Below are positions 61,650 to 64,000 of a stretch of 64,000 nucleotides of DNA, piece by piece (the first letter of the stretch is position 1; each line of letters starts with the position of its first letter). Location: sequence record OR757453.1. The stretch is one strand, 5' to 3'. Below the pieces are notes generated by a model. That model saw nothing but the letters and a program-made list of their open reading frames with translations, did no database searches and was not told the DNA's origin. The DNA comes from Escherichia phage BYEP01. The translations under genes were made by a program, and so were the position numbers.

Positions 61650-61679
61650 GTTTACTTTTGTTGAAAATTGAGATACTAT
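61650..61679 (+). promoter_or_regulatory. early promoter
   Basis: gtttac..gagatactat. Confidence 0.5.
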
Positions 61680-61705
61680 AAACATAAACTACTGAGGAGA
61701 TTATC

Positions 61706-61999
61706 ATGAAAAAATTTGTTTTTGCTGCAATTTTTGCTTTGGCTTCTTGTGCTGCTCAGCCTGCTATGGCAGGTTATGATAAAGATTTGTGTGAATGGTC
61801 TATGACCGCAGATCAGACTGAGGTTGAAACTCAAATTGAAGCGGATATTATGAATATCGTTGAGCGTGATCGTCCTGAAATGAAAGCTGAAGTACAAAAA
61901 CAACTTAAGTCTGGTGGTGTAATGCAGTATAATTATGTTCTGTATTGCGATAAAAACTTTAATAATAAAAATATCATCGCTGAAGTGGTAGGTGAGTAA
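61706..61999 (+). CDS. sp: Spackle-like periplasmic protein (97 aa)
   Basis: Signal peptide MKKFVFAAIFALASCAAQPAMA; 97 aa; position between dmd and 61. Confidence 0.65.
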   Translation: MKKFVFAAIFALASCAAQPAMAGYDKDLCEWSMTADQTEVETQIEADIMNIVERDRPEMKAEVQKQLKSGGVMQYNYVLYCDKNFNNKNIIAEVVGE

Positions 62000-62011
62000 T
62001 TAGAGGCTAAT

Positions 62012-62176
62012 ATGAAAACATATAAAGAATTTATCAAAGAAGATATGGTCGCTGGAGATTCAGGTGGTAATCCTGAAAATATCTCTACTGGAACAACGTC
62101 AGGTGCTGTAGTAAATAAAGGTCCTGAACAGATTCCTAAAAAGAAAAAAGAGGAATCTAAAGAAAAAGAAGAGTAA
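62012..62176 (+). CDS. small protein (54 aa) with capsid-targeting-like N-terminus, not in ORF track
   Basis: MKTYKEFIKE then low-complexity charged tail; SD GAGG. Confidence 0.45.
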   Translation: MKTYKEFIKEDMVAGDSGGNPENISTGTTSGAVVNKGPEQIPKKKKEESKEKEE

Positions 62177-62178
62177 AA

Positions 62179-63207
62179 ATGTCATCAATACCTTGGATTG
62201 ATAATGAGTTTGCATACCGTGCATTAGCTCATTTACCTAAATTCACACAAGTAAATAATAGTTCAACTTTTAAATTACGGTTTAGATGCCCTGTTTGTGG
62301 AGATTCAAAAACCGACCAAAATAAAGCCCGTGGATGGTATTATGGCGATAATAATGAAGGAAATATTCATTGTTATAACTGCAACTATCATGCACCAATC
62401 GGAATATATTTAAAGGAGTTTGAACCTGATTTATATCGTGAGTATATCTTTGAAATAAGAAAAGAAAAAGGTAAAAGTCGTCCAGTAGAAAAACCTAAAG
62501 AACTTCCTAAACAACCTGAGAAGAAAATAATTAAATCTCTTCCGTCATGCATTAGATTAGATAAACTGGCGGAAGACCATCCAATTATAAAATACGTAAA
62601 AGCTCGCTGTATTCCAAAGGATAAATGGAAATATCTTTGGTTTACAACCGAATGGCCTAAATTAGTTAATAGCATAGCACCAGGAACATACAAAAAGGAA
62701 ATACCTGAGCCTCGTCTTGTTATTCCAATTTATAATGCTAATGGAAAAGCTGAGTCTTTTCAAGGACGTGCATTAAAGAAAGATGCTCCTCAAAAATATA
62801 TCACCATCAAAGCTTATCCTGAGGCAACAAAAATCTATGGAGTCGAACGAGTCAAAGATGGTGATGTATATGTTCTAGAAGGACCTATAGATTCACTTTT
62901 TATTGAAAATGGTATAGCTATTACAGGTGGTCAATTAGACCTAGAAATTGTTCCATTTAAAGATAGACGTGTATGGGTTTTAGATAATGAACCTCGTCAC
63001 CCTGATACTATTAAACGAATGACTAAATTAGTTGATGCAGGAGAAAGGGTTATGTTTTGGGACAAATCTCCCTGGAAATCAAAAGATGTTAATGATATGA
63101 TTAGAAAGGAAGGTGCAACCCCTGAACAAATTATGGAATATATGAAAAATAATATTGCGCAGGGGTTAATGGCTAAAATGCGGCTATCTAAATATGCTAA
63201 GATTTAA
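62179..63207 (+). CDS. 61: DNA primase gp61 (342 aa)
   Basis: Zn-binding CPVCGDS...C..C; TOPRIM region; 342 aa. Confidence 0.92.
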   Translation: MSSIPWIDNEFAYRALAHLPKFTQVNNSSTFKLRFRCPVCGDSKTDQNKARGWYYGDNNEGNIHCYNCNYHAPIGIYLKEFEPDLYREYIFEIRKEKGKSRPVEKPKELPKQPEKKIIKSLPSCIRLDKLAEDHPIIKYVKARCIPKDKWKYLWFTTEWPKLVNSIAPGTYKKEIPEPRLVIPIYNANGKAESFQGRALKKDAPQKYITIKAYPEATKIYGVERVKDGDVYVLEGPIDSLFIENGIAITGGQLDLEIVPFKDRRVWVLDNEPRHPDTIKRMTKLVDAGERVMFWDKSPWKSKDVNDMIRKEGATPEQIMEYMKNNIAQGLMAKMRLSKYAKI

Positions 63208-63404
63208 ATTAACCCAACTAAAGCAAATGCTAAATCTACGAATGTATCAAGAGTAACTACTGGAATACTAACGCCATGAGCAATAGCAACTGGCGATAAA
63301 ACAAAATTCCAAAGTAAAATTCCTACCATAGCAGAAATAGTAAAAGCTATACGTTTTTTATTACCTTTTATGGCATTAACAAGTGCCATTAATTTTTGTA
63401 CCAT
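63204..63404 (-). CDS. small membrane protein (66 aa) on late strand, convergent with gene 61
   Basis: Strong SD AAGGAGG; hydrophobic throughout; near-consensus late promoter GATAAATA upstream on minus strand. Confidence 0.5.
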   Translation of the reverse strand: MVQKLMALVNAIKGNKKRIAFTISAMVGILLWNFVLSPVAIAHGVSIPVVTLDTFVDLAFALVGLI

Positions 63405-63452
63405 GTGTCGTCCTCCTTTAAATTAATATTTATCGCAAATTTTACAAAATTT

Positions 63453-63482
63453 GTTTACTTTCTCAGCTTGTTATGGTATTAT
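63453..63482 (+). promoter_or_regulatory. early promoter
   Basis: gtttac..ttatggtattat. Confidence 0.5.
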
Positions 63483-63507
63483 AAAATAAACTGCTGAGGA
63501 TAATATA

Positions 63508-64000
63508 ATGATTAATAAAATTGTGCATGAAATGGCTTTAAACGGAGATTCATATAAAATATCTGCCGTAGTTGAGAATTTCATACTTAATAAAGTAAAA
63601 GAATATTTCACTGATTGTTCAGTTAGTTATCAAGAAAAAATGGTTTTAACTGACGATACTGAAAAATCAAATAATTTGTTTTGTTCGAATTTTACAACTA
63701 AGAAGCGTACTAGAAGATTTGATATTGTTATTTCTCGCAACGGTAAAAAGCATATAATTGAAATCAAACATCAAGTTGGTGGAGGTACAGCTATTGATTC
63801 TGTTGGAATATATTTAGAAGATAAAGATAAATTAAAAGAATACACAAAAACTGAAAATCCTGTGTCATTGATGATATTAGATTTTTTGCCATGTGGTTAT
63901 TATCCACGCAATAAATGGACAAAAAGAGAATCATTTACTGATAATCCAACCATCCAAGCAAGGTTTAATGAATATGCTAAATCACAAAACGTGTTAGTAT
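63508..64000 (+). CDS. hypothetical protein, partial (runs off window); possible PD-(D/E)xK nuclease fold
   Basis: Open frame from ATG 63508 to window end; D...E-I-K motif (RFDIVISRNGKKHIIEIKHQ). Confidence 0.4.
   Translation, partial: MINKIVHEMALNGDSYKISAVVENFILNKVKEYFTDCSVSYQEKMVLTDDTEKSNNLFCSNFTTKKRTRRFDIVISRNGKKHIIEIKHQVGGGTAIDSVGIYLEDKDKLKEYTKTENPVSLMILDFLPCGYYPRNKWTKRESFTDNPTIQARFNEYAKSQNVLV

Overview
This window reads as a contiguous piece of a T4-like (T-even) coliphage genome, in reverse orientation to the conventional T4 map. All identifications come from reading the ORF translations and the DNA against remembered T4 proteins and signals; no searches were run. It runs from the start of baseplate wedge gene 6 through 5, 53, 4, 2, 3, 1, 57A, 57B, ipI, a 7-tRNA cluster with segB, nudE, e (lysozyme), denV, internal proteins, regB, vs, tk, rI, nrdC, 49, nrdD/G/H, 55, alpha-gt, 47, 46, rpbA, 45, 44, 62, regA, 43, imm, 42, uvsX, 40, 41, dmd and sp to primase 61 and beyond. 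It is not T4 itself: lysozyme differs at a few residues, gene order at denV/ip differs, tRNA-Gln is absent and the beta-gt slot holds a different protein. Early promoters (GTTTAC..N17-18..TAtAAT), late promoters (TATAAATA) and UUCG-loop terminator hairpins are frequent. The most unusual loci are: (1) uvsX fractured into two genes by a split intein with a free-standing GIY-YIG-like endonuclease between the halves; (2) a 678-aa unrecognised ORF between genes 5 and 6; (3) four tandem divergent paralogs of about 300-335 aa next to an NTase-fold / AAA+ ATPase gene pair; (4) a macro-domain protein; (5) a denV remnant deleted through a 6-bp microhomology beside an intact denV; (6) an ORF-less group I intron in nrdD with a free-standing GIY-YIG gene overlapping the nrdD 3-prime end. 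Product names rest on memory of T4 and should be confirmed by database search.
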